This document shows, piece after piece, positions 48,198 through 57,761 of a stretch of 64,000 bases of DNA. A program made the translations under genes and the position numbers. The notes below the pieces were generated by a model. That model did no database searches, was not told the DNA's origin, and worked only from the letters and a program-made list of their open reading frames with translations. The number at the start of each line of letters is the position of its first letter. Position 1 is the stretch's first letter. Source of the stretch: Promethearchaeota archaeon (GTDB taxonomy: Archaea > Asgardarchaeota > Heimdallarchaeia > Hodarchaeales > Hodarchaeaceae); assembly GCA_048938105.1 (NCBI GenBank), contig JBHLMN010000002.1, forward strand, positions 320,001 through 384,000, in the 5' to 3' direction.

Positions 48198-49376
48198 ATG
48201 CCCATAAACCTGAATCGTGAAGCACAAGTTGAATGGGATAAGTACTTAGAGGCCTCTTCAATCGATGACCAGATTTTTCACTTGGAAAGATTTCTTGGGG
48301 TCTGCGTGAAACATAAGGGAGTCGAGAAACACTTAGCTATGGCTAAAACTAAATTAAAGAAGCTCAAAGCCCAAAAAGCGAAACTAACTAAATCAAAAAA
48401 AGGTTCAGGGGAAAAATGGCTTGTTCCTAAGGGAGAAGATGCCCAAATTGCAATAATAGGGAATGTTAATTCTGGAAAATCATCCGTTCTGAATGTTCTT
48501 GCTCAATCAGAGGCAGCGAAGGTAGGATCATATCCTTTTACAACAGTTAAACCAGAAGTGGGATCGATCACAGCAAACGGAGCACGTCTGCAGCTCGTAG
48601 AACTACCTGCATTGGTGGAAGGAAGCGTGAAGGGCGAGATGTCTGGAAAATTGGTTTTAGCAGGGATTCGTAATGCTGACTGTGTGCTGATTACAGTAGA
48701 TTTATCGAAAGATCCAGTTCAGCAGCTTCAGATTATTCTAACTGAACTAAGCAATGGAAAAATTCGCTTGAACATGTCAAAGCCTCCTGTGACTATCGAG
48801 AAAGTTGGTTCAGGTAATATCCAAGTGTTTAATGAACATTTTTTTGAGGGTGAAGGAGGGAAAGAGGCTGTAATTGAGGTTATGCGGGGTAATGGCTTTC
48901 TGAATGCCATTGTACGTTTTCATGGGCCTGTTACAGTTGATCAATTTCTAGATGCACTCGATAAGACGATAACTTACCTTCCTGCCATAATTGTGGCCAC
49001 AAAAGGAGACTTAGAAGGGTCTAGGCTGAAATACGAAACCCTTATTCAGTTTATAAACGGGTCCAACTTTAATTTTCAGGTCATACCAACATCTACTTTA
49101 CAAAATGAGGGATTTGAGGGAATGGAGGAAATTATATTCAATCAACTAGGAAAAATCCGTGTCTTTACTAGGGATGCTAAAGGAGAGATTGCTGAAAGAC
49201 CTATCATATTGAAAAAAGGAAGTACAGTTGAAAATGCTATCCAAGTGTTAAGTAAAAAAATGTTGAAATTCTTCCGTTTCACTCGTATTTGGGGAAGTTC
49301 GGCAAAGTTTGATGGAGAGAAAGTGGGATTGGATCGTGTTTTACACGATGGAGACGTGATTCAAGTTTTTGCGTAG
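48198..49376 (+). CDS. DRG/OBG-family GTPase with TGS domain
   Basis: KHKGVE, GNVNSGKSS, YPFTT, TKGD, RIWGSSAKF.GEKVGLD..LHDGDVI. Confidence 0.92.
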   Translation: MPINLNREAQVEWDKYLEASSIDDQIFHLERFLGVCVKHKGVEKHLAMAKTKLKKLKAQKAKLTKSKKGSGEKWLVPKGEDAQIAIIGNVNSGKSSVLNVLAQSEAAKVGSYPFTTVKPEVGSITANGARLQLVELPALVEGSVKGEMSGKLVLAGIRNADCVLITVDLSKDPVQQLQIILTELSNGKIRLNMSKPPVTIEKVGSGNIQVFNEHFFEGEGGKEAVIEVMRGNGFLNAIVRFHGPVTVDQFLDALDKTITYLPAIIVATKGDLEGSRLKYETLIQFINGSNFNFQVIPTSTLQNEGFEGMEEIIFNQLGKIRVFTRDAKGEIAERPIILKKGSTVENAIQVLSKKMLKFFRFTRIWGSSAKFDGEKVGLDRVLHDGDVIQVFA

Positions 49377-49497
49377 ACAAAATTACCATAAGAAAGATTC
49401 AGTTTCTTTGCGAAAATCAAAAAAGTTTTAAATGTTTGCGTCACTTATTCAAACAGAGCAATATTTGTGCAAATAATACTCAAGACTGATCCCTAAG

Positions 49498-50514
49498 ATG
49501 GAGCAACAGAGTTCCCTTCCCGTTGATGAAAATGCCTTTCCAAGATTTCTTGAAGGTAAAGATTTCTATTCAATGTTTTTTGAAGCTTTCAATAAGTTAG
49601 CAAGATATATTGATCTGATTAATGATATCAATGTATTTCCTGTGCCTGACGGTGATACTGGAATTAATATGTACCAGACTTTTAGATCAATTGTTAATGA
49701 AATTAAAAATGTTAAGGAAAGTAATCATTGTGGTAAGATCATTTCTGCTGCATCTCTTGGAGCTTTTCGGGGTAGTGTTGGTAATTCTGGAATTATCCTA
49801 GCAGAATATTTTCGTGGTTTAGAAAAGATCTGTGGATATTTTTATACTATTGACAGTGTCTTATTTGCTAGGGGATTAAAATCAGCAGCTACCCTAGCCT
49901 ATCAAGCTGTAGAGCATCCTAAGGAGGGAACTATTCTTACTGTAGCCCGAATAATCGCAGAAACAGCTATGAAGTGGGCTAATACTTTAATTAGTCCTTA
50001 TGAGTTACTTTTTTTAGTTTTTGATAAGGCAAAAATAGCTTTACTAGACACTCATCGTCTTTTGCATGAAGCAAACTTCGCTGGAGTTGTTGATGCAGGA
50101 GCAATAGGTTTAGTCCTCATCTTTGAGGGATTTATTAGCGCACTAGTTCGTAAACCCCAAATTATTATCACCTCATTTCAAACCATTGATGAGGATTTAC
50201 TTCCATTTTTAAAACCAAAAATCAATTCACAAGAGAATAACCCAGAATTTGAGTTAATCTTTAGAATTAGTAATTTAATGAAGCCTTTAGATCTCATTAA
50301 AGTTGAGCTTAGGAAGGAAGGAAACTGCCTTTTAGTTATCAGTAATGATTCATTATCAGAAATTAAAGTTCATATTCATTGTTCTAATCCCAACAAAGTT
50401 ATAAGCAAAATGAGAAGTTTTGTTGGTTCTTTCGAATTAATTTCGATTCAGGCATTACATGAGCAAAATCTCGAGCTCATTGAACGTATTGAAAAGACTG
50501 TAAAAGTTGATTAG
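49498..50514 (+). CDS. fakA: DAK2-domain fatty acid kinase catalytic subunit (FakA-like, C-terminally short)
   Basis: INDINVFPVPDGDTGINM, GNSGIIL, AYQAV..PKEGTILTV, GVVDAGA.G, KVHIH. Confidence 0.9.
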   Translation: MEQQSSLPVDENAFPRFLEGKDFYSMFFEAFNKLARYIDLINDINVFPVPDGDTGINMYQTFRSIVNEIKNVKESNHCGKIISAASLGAFRGSVGNSGIILAEYFRGLEKICGYFYTIDSVLFARGLKSAATLAYQAVEHPKEGTILTVARIIAETAMKWANTLISPYELLFLVFDKAKIALLDTHRLLHEANFAGVVDAGAIGLVLIFEGFISALVRKPQIIITSFQTIDEDLLPFLKPKINSQENNPEFELIFRISNLMKPLDLIKVELRKEGNCLLVISNDSLSEIKVHIHCSNPNKVISKMRSFVGSFELISIQALHEQNLELIERIEKTVKVD

Positions 50515-50516
50515 CA

Positions 50517-51404
50517 TTGAAAGTTGGTATCGTTACCGATTCAATGAGTGATTTATCTCCTGAGCTTGCTAAAAAATATGGGATTGTAATTGTGCCTGGA
50601 ACAGTGTTTATTGATAATAACCCTTATCGTAGCGGAATCGATATATTTCCAAGTGATATTGAAGACCTTATAATAGAAAATAGTAAGAAAATAAGCACAG
50701 GAGCACCTTCTGCAGCAGAATATTACAACGCCTATACACACCTTTATGATATTGTGGATATTATTCTAAGTATTCATAGTCCTAGTAAGGTTACAGCTAC
50801 TTCGAGTGTGGCAAGAGTTGCAGCTAAACGATTAGAAGATCCAACGAGAGTAATTAGATTCGAATGTGGTGTTGGATCCTTGGGGTTAGGCTTAACCGCA
50901 ATTGCAGCGGCTATCACAGCAAAACAAGTGAGGGAACTATCAGAACTACTTCAAAGAGTCGCAGAATACTGTGAGAGGATTCAGATCATTGGAACCCTTG
51001 ATTCATTCAAATATCTTCAGAGAAGCGGACGAGTCAAACTAAAAATTACTGGTTTTCTGGCGAATGCTCTCTCTGTTAAACCTGTATTAATGATGCACGG
51101 AGATGATATTATTCTTTTAGAAAAACCACGAAATCGGCAAAAGGCTCTTGATTTTATGATTGAATCAGTGATTAAAAATATTGACATGAAATGTATCCCG
51201 AAAATGATAGGAATAGGCCATTTCAGTTGTGTTGAAGAAGCGAGAGGAGTTGAGGGTATTATCAGACAGAATTTTCCTGAACATGAGATTATCCAGGGAA
51301 ACGTTGATCCAATGATCGTTGCTCATACAGGCCCAGGGTTGATCTTGCTTTCATTTTTCGGTACATTAGATAATTCAGATAGAGGAGAAAGCATCAATGA
51401 TTGA
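50517..51404 (+). CDS. degV: DegV-family fatty-acid-binding protein (FakB-like)
   Basis: IVTDSMSDL, ISTGAPS, YLQRSGR, LSVKPVL, HTGPG. Confidence 0.92.
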   Translation: MKVGIVTDSMSDLSPELAKKYGIVIVPGTVFIDNNPYRSGIDIFPSDIEDLIIENSKKISTGAPSAAEYYNAYTHLYDIVDIILSIHSPSKVTATSSVARVAAKRLEDPTRVIRFECGVGSLGLGLTAIAAAITAKQVRELSELLQRVAEYCERIQIIGTLDSFKYLQRSGRVKLKITGFLANALSVKPVLMMHGDDIILLEKPRNRQKALDFMIESVIKNIDMKCIPKMIGIGHFSCVEEARGVEGIIRQNFPEHEIIQGNVDPMIVAHTGPGLILLSFFGTLDNSDRGESIND

Positions 51405-52074
51405 AGTCCTAGTAGCAGGATTTTTTGGATATCTGATGGGGTCAATTTTCATTTCCTATTTTCTAGTTTATTTTGTCAAAGGAATCGATTTGACGAAAGT
51501 AGGAACTGGTCAATTAGGCGCATCAAATACTGGGCGAATTTTAGGATGGCCAGTAATGATTCTTGTGGGTTTATTTGATATTTTTAAAGCAGCCTTTGCT
51601 CTTTTCGTCATAACGTTTTTTTTTGGATCTTCTCCTTGTTATGGGGCTACAATTATCCTTAGTAGCTGCGGTATTATTATTGGGCATACTCATTCGCTTC
51701 TGATCTATTTACATAAAAGGGAATGGTGTGGAGGAAAGGGTGGAGCTCCTCTCGGTGGTGTGATCTTTTTTCTTTCTTGGGAGAGTTTTTTGATTCTTTA
51801 TTTCTTTTTAATGCCTTTGATCCAACTTGGGAAAAGACTGTGGAAAAAACAAAGCATATATGAAAACTTCATTCCCAATGCTATTGTTGGGTTTTTCACT
51901 CCCTTTGTCGTTTTATATTTAACTGGTAATCCGCTTTACGTATTTTTAATCCTATTGCTACTAGGAATTATTGTTTATTCCGAGAGAGAAAAGGTCAAGA
52001 GTATTTTATTCCCTAATTCAGATGATAAAGATTCTATATCAAGTTCTTATCTTGGGATTAATAAGAGCTATTAA
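51397..52074 (+). CDS. plsY: Acyl-phosphate:glycerol-3-phosphate acyltransferase PlsY-like
   Basis: GYLMGSI, GIDL..VGTGQLGASNTGR..G, DIFK, GH...GGKG; motif 3 divergent. Confidence 0.85.
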   Translation: MIEVLVAGFFGYLMGSIFISYFLVYFVKGIDLTKVGTGQLGASNTGRILGWPVMILVGLFDIFKAAFALFVITFFFGSSPCYGATIILSSCGIIIGHTHSLLIYLHKREWCGGKGGAPLGGVIFFLSWESFLILYFFLMPLIQLGKRLWKKQSIYENFIPNAIVGFFTPFVVLYLTGNPLYVFLILLLLGIIVYSEREKVKSILFPNSDDKDSISSSYLGINKSY

Positions 52075-52255
52075 AATGTTCATCATAAAAAAGCTAAAAA
52101 TATACTCTAAAAGTGACCCAAACAGTATAAAAATTCCATTAGCTCATATTTCCTCAGACCAAGCGGCTCAGAGCAATACTAAAACTTAGTTTTTGCAATA
52201 AGCAGCTTCATAAGAAAAATAGTTCAGTCATTATCAAGACCTAGAGTGATTTTTT

Positions 52256-55039
52256 ATGGATGAATATTGGCATTCAGAGAATCTCAACGTTTTATTCGAT
52301 CAATTGGGAGTGGATGATAGTGGTTTATCGGATGCAGACGCTGAACAAAGACTCAGACAATATGGCCTAAATGAATTAGAGCGAGCAGAGAAGAAACATC
52401 CGATATTTCTTTTTTTTGCTCAATTCACAGATCCATTAGTTATAATTTTACTTGCTGCTTTGGTTATATCAGTCAGTATAGGGATTTTTTCTCCTGATGA
52501 GCATCAGCGATTGGAGTATTTCATTGATGCTCTTGCGATTTCCGCCATAATAACGTTCAACGCGTTTTTTGGGTTTATTCAAGAGTACAAAGCCGAGAAA
52601 TCAATTGAAGCACTGAAATCAATGGCAGCTCCCTTTACCACAGTCGTTCGTGAGGGGAAGAAGCAGAGAATTGAAGCCCAATATCTTGTACCTGGAGATG
52701 TCATCATAATAGAAGAAGGAGACAAGATTCCTGCGGATGGCCGCCTGCTTGAATCGCATTCTTTGCGCGTCGATGAATCCGCGCTTACTGGAGAGTCTTT
52801 TCCTGCTGCAAAAGAAGCAATGAGTCAACCTATGCCCTATGCACCAATCGCGGATCGTGAAAATTCAGTATATAGTGGTACTAATGTTACAAGAGGTCGT
52901 GGTCAAGCTTTAATTATTAAAACTGGCATGCAAACCGAGTTTGGTAAGATTGCAAAAGGTTTATTGGAAGAAAAGGTTGAAGAAACTCCTCTTCAAAAGA
53001 GATTAGCTACTCTCGGAAAATGGATTGGAATAGCTAGTTTGACCATTTGTGCTATCATATTCATCATCGGTGTGCTTCTACAGCGAGGAGCTATTGAAAT
53101 GTTCATTGTTGCTGTTGGTTTAGCTGTAGCAGCTGTTCCAGAGGGCCTTCCTGCTGTTGTTACACTTGCCTTAGCTCTTGGAGTTCAACGTATGAGTCGG
53201 AAAAATGCTATTATTAGACGACTTCCCTCTGTTGAGACCCTAGGTTCAACAACAGTCATTTGCTCCGATAAAACTGGAACTCTTACGAGAAACAAAATGA
53301 CTGTTCGGAAAATTCTTACTGTAGATGATGAATACAATGCTTCTAAAAACACTCCTATGAATGATGTACTTAGTTTGATTCTTACCATCGGTTCAGAATG
53401 CAACAATGCACAGCTTGCAGATTCTGAAAGGAAGAATGAGGGGGAATCAAAGGAAGTTGATATTGGTGATCCGACAGAAATTGCCATATTAAGAGTCGCA
53501 GAAAGAATGAACATGTTTGATTCGACGAAAGTACGATATAAGCGATTGTATGAGGTACCCTTTGATTCTGACTCGAAACGTATGAGTGTATTAGTACAAA
53601 ACCTCCAGGGGGAATACTTTGTATTCACGAAGGGAGCTCCTGATGTTCTAATTAGCTTATGCGCATATTACTTCTCTAATGGAGAAATTAAACCTCTTAA
53701 TGATGAAACACGTGTTAAATTAGAAGAAGCAGAGCAGAATCTTGCAAAGACTGGTTATCGAATGCTTGGAATGGCTTTTAAATCTGTAGATCCAAAAACA
53801 GCCAAAATTGACAAAATCTTATTATCCGAGGATACCGAAGAGATTGAGTCTCAACTGGTCTATGTTGGAGCCATGGCTATCATGGATCCTCCAAGAAAGG
53901 GTACCAAGGCTGCCATTGAAACTTGTAAGAATGCAGGTATTCGACCAGTCATGATTACTGGTGATCATCTTAAAACAGCTGTCGCGGTGGCAGCTGAAAT
54001 CGGATTAGTGTCATCGAACGAGCCAACACGATCAATGGAAGGAAGTGAATTGGCTAAAATTAGTGATGAAGAGCTTGCAAGAGTAGTTATGGATGTAAAT
54101 ATTTTTGCTCGGGTATCACCAGAACACAAACTCAAACTAGTTTCTGCTTTAAAATCCCATAATGAGATTGTTGCTATGACTGGGGATGGAGTTAATGATG
54201 CACCTGCTTTAAAACATGCTGATATAGGAGTAGCAATGGGTATTGCTGGAACAGATGTATCAAAAGAAGCCTCAGACATGATTTTAGCGGACGATGATTT
54301 TTCAACCATTATTGGTGCAGTTCTTGAAGGAAGAACGATATATGATAATATGAGAAAATTTATTCTCTACTTGCTTTCCTGTAATGCAGGGGAAATTGCA
54401 GTTATGTTTTTTGGAATTCTTCTCACATCACTCATTTTTCAGACACCAATATTGCCTCTTCTTGCAATTCAAATTCTTTGGGTTAATTTAATAACTGATG
54501 GACTTCCAGCTCTTGCAATGGGAGTTGATCCCCCTGACCCTGATGTTATGATCAGACAACCACGCGATCCTAAAGAGCCAATTCTCACACGAAAGTCAGT
54601 GTTTTTCATAATATATTCAGGATTCATTATTGCAGTTGGAACATTATTCTTATTTTTCTTATATATGTATTCTGATGTTTTTACTGGTCAGCTTCCTTCT
54701 GAAGACACTCGAATCCGTGCACAAACAGTTGCTTTTACAATGCTGATTATGTTTCAGATGATTATGGCTATAAACATTCGGAAAGAAGAGCATTCATTAC
54801 TTGGGAAAGAGTTCGTTCGAAATCCTTACCTTTTACTTGCTATTGCAAGTTCAGTCGTTCTTCATATATTAATAGTCTACATTCCTTTTTTCCAACCATT
54901 TTTTAACACTATTGAACTTAATCCTTTTGATTGGTTTATGATAATTGCTCTTGGGAGTATTCTTATAATAGTGGATGAAGTACGAACATTCATCGCACAT
55001 AAAATACCTCGGTTACAAAAGATAGCAGGATACTGGTGA
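52256..55039 (+). CDS. P-type ATPase, P2A (Ca2+-transporting, SERCA/PMR1-like)
   Basis: TGES, VAAVPEGLP, CSDKTGT, KGAPD, MTGDGVND, WVNLITDGLPA. Confidence 0.95.
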   Translation: MDEYWHSENLNVLFDQLGVDDSGLSDADAEQRLRQYGLNELERAEKKHPIFLFFAQFTDPLVIILLAALVISVSIGIFSPDEHQRLEYFIDALAISAIITFNAFFGFIQEYKAEKSIEALKSMAAPFTTVVREGKKQRIEAQYLVPGDVIIIEEGDKIPADGRLLESHSLRVDESALTGESFPAAKEAMSQPMPYAPIADRENSVYSGTNVTRGRGQALIIKTGMQTEFGKIAKGLLEEKVEETPLQKRLATLGKWIGIASLTICAIIFIIGVLLQRGAIEMFIVAVGLAVAAVPEGLPAVVTLALALGVQRMSRKNAIIRRLPSVETLGSTTVICSDKTGTLTRNKMTVRKILTVDDEYNASKNTPMNDVLSLILTIGSECNNAQLADSERKNEGESKEVDIGDPTEIAILRVAERMNMFDSTKVRYKRLYEVPFDSDSKRMSVLVQNLQGEYFVFTKGAPDVLISLCAYYFSNGEIKPLNDETRVKLEEAEQNLAKTGYRMLGMAFKSVDPKTAKIDKILLSEDTEEIESQLVYVGAMAIMDPPRKGTKAAIETCKNAGIRPVMITGDHLKTAVAVAAEIGLVSSNEPTRSMEGSELAKISDEELARVVMDVNIFARVSPEHKLKLVSALKSHNEIVAMTGDGVNDAPALKHADIGVAMGIAGTDVSKEASDMILADDDFSTIIGAVLEGRTIYDNMRKFILYLLSCNAGEIAVMFFGILLTSLIFQTPILPLLAIQILWVNLITDGLPALAMGVDPPDPDVMIRQPRDPKEPILTRKSVFFIIYSGFIIAVGTLFLFFLYMYSDVFTGQLPSEDTRIRAQTVAFTMLIMFQMIMAINIRKEEHSLLGKEFVRNPYLLLAIASSVVLHILIVYIPFFQPFFNTIELNPFDWFMIIALGSILIIVDEVRTFIAHKIPRLQKIAGYW

Positions 55040-55059
55040 ATAATTGATGTAAAGAAAGA

Positions 55060-55091
55060 TTAGGTTCGATTATTCAATGACTTGAACCTAA
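55060..55091. terminator. 10-bp stem-loop downstream of the P-type ATPase
   Basis: TTAGGTTCGA-12nt-TTGAACCTAA. Confidence 0.35.
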
Positions 55092-55222
55092 AGATGGAAA
55101 ATACTAATAAATAAAGAGAAGACAAAAAACAAGGATATCAATGATGTAAAGTGTCTTTAAGAACGAGTACTCTTTTGAAAATATAAACAAATAACTCACT
55201 TTCAGAAAGATGGGGTACACAA

Positions 55223-56731
55223 TTGGTTTCAATACTAAGAACCAGAGTTTCTCGCATATCTAATGCAGTGATATTTTTCGCATTAGCTTTGGTTCAAATC
55301 GTGATTGTTTCATGGATTAGTATTAGCCAAGAGGCGAAACCAGAATTTTTGGAATTCCAATGGATTACTCAGTGGCATTTTTTAGGTTTTTATATTTCTA
55401 TCAACCCTATGGCTGATCCTAGATTCACTGTTTTGTTAATAGTACTAACGGCTGGGCTGCAATTATTATTATTAGGATTTCTGGTAAATGTTGTGTTTTC
55501 AAATAAAAATATGGTTCAGATTTACCCTGAACCGTTATATGGTCCTTCTTATGCTCCTGAAGAAGCTCCATTGGTTGATAAAACAATCGAACTAGTAACA
55601 AGAGTTTCAAAAAAGGTGAGAATTAAAGTTAAAAAGATCTTTGTTTATCGAAAAGCGGTACCTAACGCATTTTCTCTTGATCTTCTGCCAATTCCTTTTT
55701 TTCGAAGACCATACTTAGTTCTTAACACTAATGTTTTAGAAATTCTGAATGATAACGAAATTGAGGCAGTTATTGCTCATGAACTTGCCCACGTTAAAAA
55801 TAGTGATAGTCTAATTCGATTAATATTATCTATTCCCCGTTTGTTCCTTAATCTTGTTTATATCTTTATATACCTACAAATCGTTACAGGTATATTAGTT
55901 GCAATTTTTGATACTTTTAATCCTGGAATAGCCTTAGAACGAGTTATTTTCCTGGGATTAATGTATTTGATTATAGCAATTGTCACAAAAATAACAGTTC
56001 ATTTTCTTTCCTCCGCTAATCGTCAGGCTGAATATCTGGCAGATTATTTTGCAGCTACTTTGGTTGGTTCAGATGTTTTAATTAACTCTTTAATTCATCT
56101 AGGCCAACGGAGTGAAACAATGCAAGTGCTATCCCGAGAGATTGAGTGGCTTGCGAGTCTTTCAGAAGAGAAAAAGCCTTCTAGTACATTTCTAGGGAGG
56201 ATTTATCAGCGGTTTCCCAAAACACAACTCAATGAGGATGTTGCTCGTGAAATTGCCCCAAAAATCTTCTTAGAAGAGAAACTTGAAGAGCTTGTGACTC
56301 ATTACGGTATAGATCTAGATATAGGGGAGAGGATACAGCTTGTAAATAGGGCTGTTCCTGTTTTACTAAAAAAGAGAGCTAAATATTTTATATCATTAGA
56401 AAAAAAAAGAGAAAAAGAAAATGAAGTAGACTTAACTCCTAGCATTCTAAAAGCAAAAACAATCGATTGGCGACATTTTGACTACAATGCCAGTCAAACC
56501 CTCGAAGACGAGGAAATTGAAAGTTTTATTGCCACGTTAATTGCTCAACCAGATAAAATGGTTTTTGAGCACGAGCTTTTTCAAACACCAGAAAAAGACG
56601 GTGATCACCCAAACTTTCGAGAAAGAATTCTTAGAATCTTCCGTATCTTTCATCTGAATGAGTATGAGAAGATTGTAGAGCAAATTGCCTCTGAAATCCC
56701 ATCAAAAGTCGTTTCTGATTCTCAATCATAA
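55223..56731 (+). CDS. M48-family membrane zinc metalloprotease with large insertion containing an EF-hand-like loop
   Basis: PNAFS, AHELAH, RQAEYLAD, and DHPNFRERI displaced about 180 aa downstream by an insertion. Confidence 0.88.
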   Translation: MVSILRTRVSRISNAVIFFALALVQIVIVSWISISQEAKPEFLEFQWITQWHFLGFYISINPMADPRFTVLLIVLTAGLQLLLLGFLVNVVFSNKNMVQIYPEPLYGPSYAPEEAPLVDKTIELVTRVSKKVRIKVKKIFVYRKAVPNAFSLDLLPIPFFRRPYLVLNTNVLEILNDNEIEAVIAHELAHVKNSDSLIRLILSIPRLFLNLVYIFIYLQIVTGILVAIFDTFNPGIALERVIFLGLMYLIIAIVTKITVHFLSSANRQAEYLADYFAATLVGSDVLINSLIHLGQRSETMQVLSREIEWLASLSEEKKPSSTFLGRIYQRFPKTQLNEDVAREIAPKIFLEEKLEELVTHYGIDLDIGERIQLVNRAVPVLLKKRAKYFISLEKKREKENEVDLTPSILKAKTIDWRHFDYNASQTLEDEEIESFIATLIAQPDKMVFEHELFQTPEKDGDHPNFRERILRIFRIFHLNEYEKIVEQIASEIPSKVVSDSQS

Positions 56732-57750
56732 AGAACTTTTTCCAACATGGCAGGAATTGACCGTTCGTCGGGTGTCATTAAATATAGCTTGATATTAGGT
56801 AATTTTCTAAGTTTTCCTATGATGGGAGTAGTGAGTTGAAGTGTTTGGCGTCGTGGAGTAAGTATAATTCGAACATCCTCTATTCGGCTAAGAATGGGTA
56901 GAAAATCCATCCCACTAGTGGCAAGAAGATCGGAAATAATAATAAGTGTTTTTTTACGTCCAATTTGATGAGAAAATTCTTTATTTGCTGCGAGTAATGC
57001 TGAAAAGATATCTGTTTTTCCCCCAGAACGAATATTGACTAATTTGGTAATAATATCCTGTGTGGTCATTTGTGAGTCAATGAATCTTTTAAAAACTTCT
57101 GGTTGGGTATCAAATCCAATCAAGGATATTTCTTTTATATTGAGCGTTAAGCTAAACAAAATAGATGTGAGAATAATCAGTTTGAGATAAGATAATACTG
57201 AATGACTCTTATCGATTAGTAATACTACATATTTTTGTTTCCAAATTCTTTTATTACAAATAACATGATTATACGTAAAATAAGAGTCCCCTGAAAGAAG
57301 GAAATTTACAATCGTTTTTTCTAGATCCCATGTTCTACCAGGAATATAGGGTATTTTTATAGGGTATCTTGAACGATCAATTGCATGAAAAATTCTCTTT
57401 GCATGCTTAAATAACTTAGGAATAAGCTTTTGTAAGAGAATCTGCTTTTCCTTAGGTGAAAAGTGCTCTTTAATTTGAAAAAATAAAGAATTGGACTCTA
57501 AAATGAAGTTAAAATTGGTAGAATCAATTTGCAATACTTCTGCGACAGTTCGTGGATAATTTTCAGCTAAAATTTCAATGACTCGGATGTTTTGTGTTTC
57601 TAAAGCTTGTTGTGTAAATTCCAAAGCAGTTTCAATATTTAATTTGTTTTGTAATTGATACTCATAGAGTTTTTCAAGTAAATAGGTAGGAGGTTCTGTA
57701 TCATGAATGGTTCGCGAACGAGAAGCGGGAGCAATGTCCCGCCTTAAGAT
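56722..57750 (-). CDS. vWA-domain protein (CoxE-like); frame open up to the MoxR 3' end, probably expressed as a -1 frameshift fusion
   Basis: MIDAS DKSHS, GGKTD, ISD. The track start is TTG 57624, but the frame has no stop for about 50 further codons upstream and no start codon in that stretch. Confidence 0.8.
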   Translation of the reverse strand: MLRRDIAPASRSRTIHDTEPPTYLLEKLYEYQLQNKLNIETALEFTQQALETQNIRVIEILAENYPRTVAEVLQIDSTNFNFILESNSLFFQIKEHFSPKEKQILLQKLIPKLFKHAKRIFHAIDRSRYPIKIPYIPGRTWDLEKTIVNFLLSGDSYFTYNHVICNKRIWKQKYVVLLIDKSHSVLSYLKLIILTSILFSLTLNIKEISLIGFDTQPEVFKRFIDSQMTTQDIITKLVNIRSGGKTDIFSALLAANKEFSHQIGRKKTLIIISDLLATSGMDFLPILSRIEDVRIILTPRRQTLQLTTPIIGKLRKLPNIKLYLMTPDERSIPAMLEKVLYD

Positions 57751-57761
57751 TTTTTTGGGGA
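57723..57761 (-). other. Candidate -1 programmed ribosomal frameshift signal
   Basis: mRNA UCC CCA AAA AAA UCU UAA, 5-nt spacer after the A7 run, hairpin AGGCGGGA-CAUUGC-UCCCGCUU. Confidence 0.7.
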
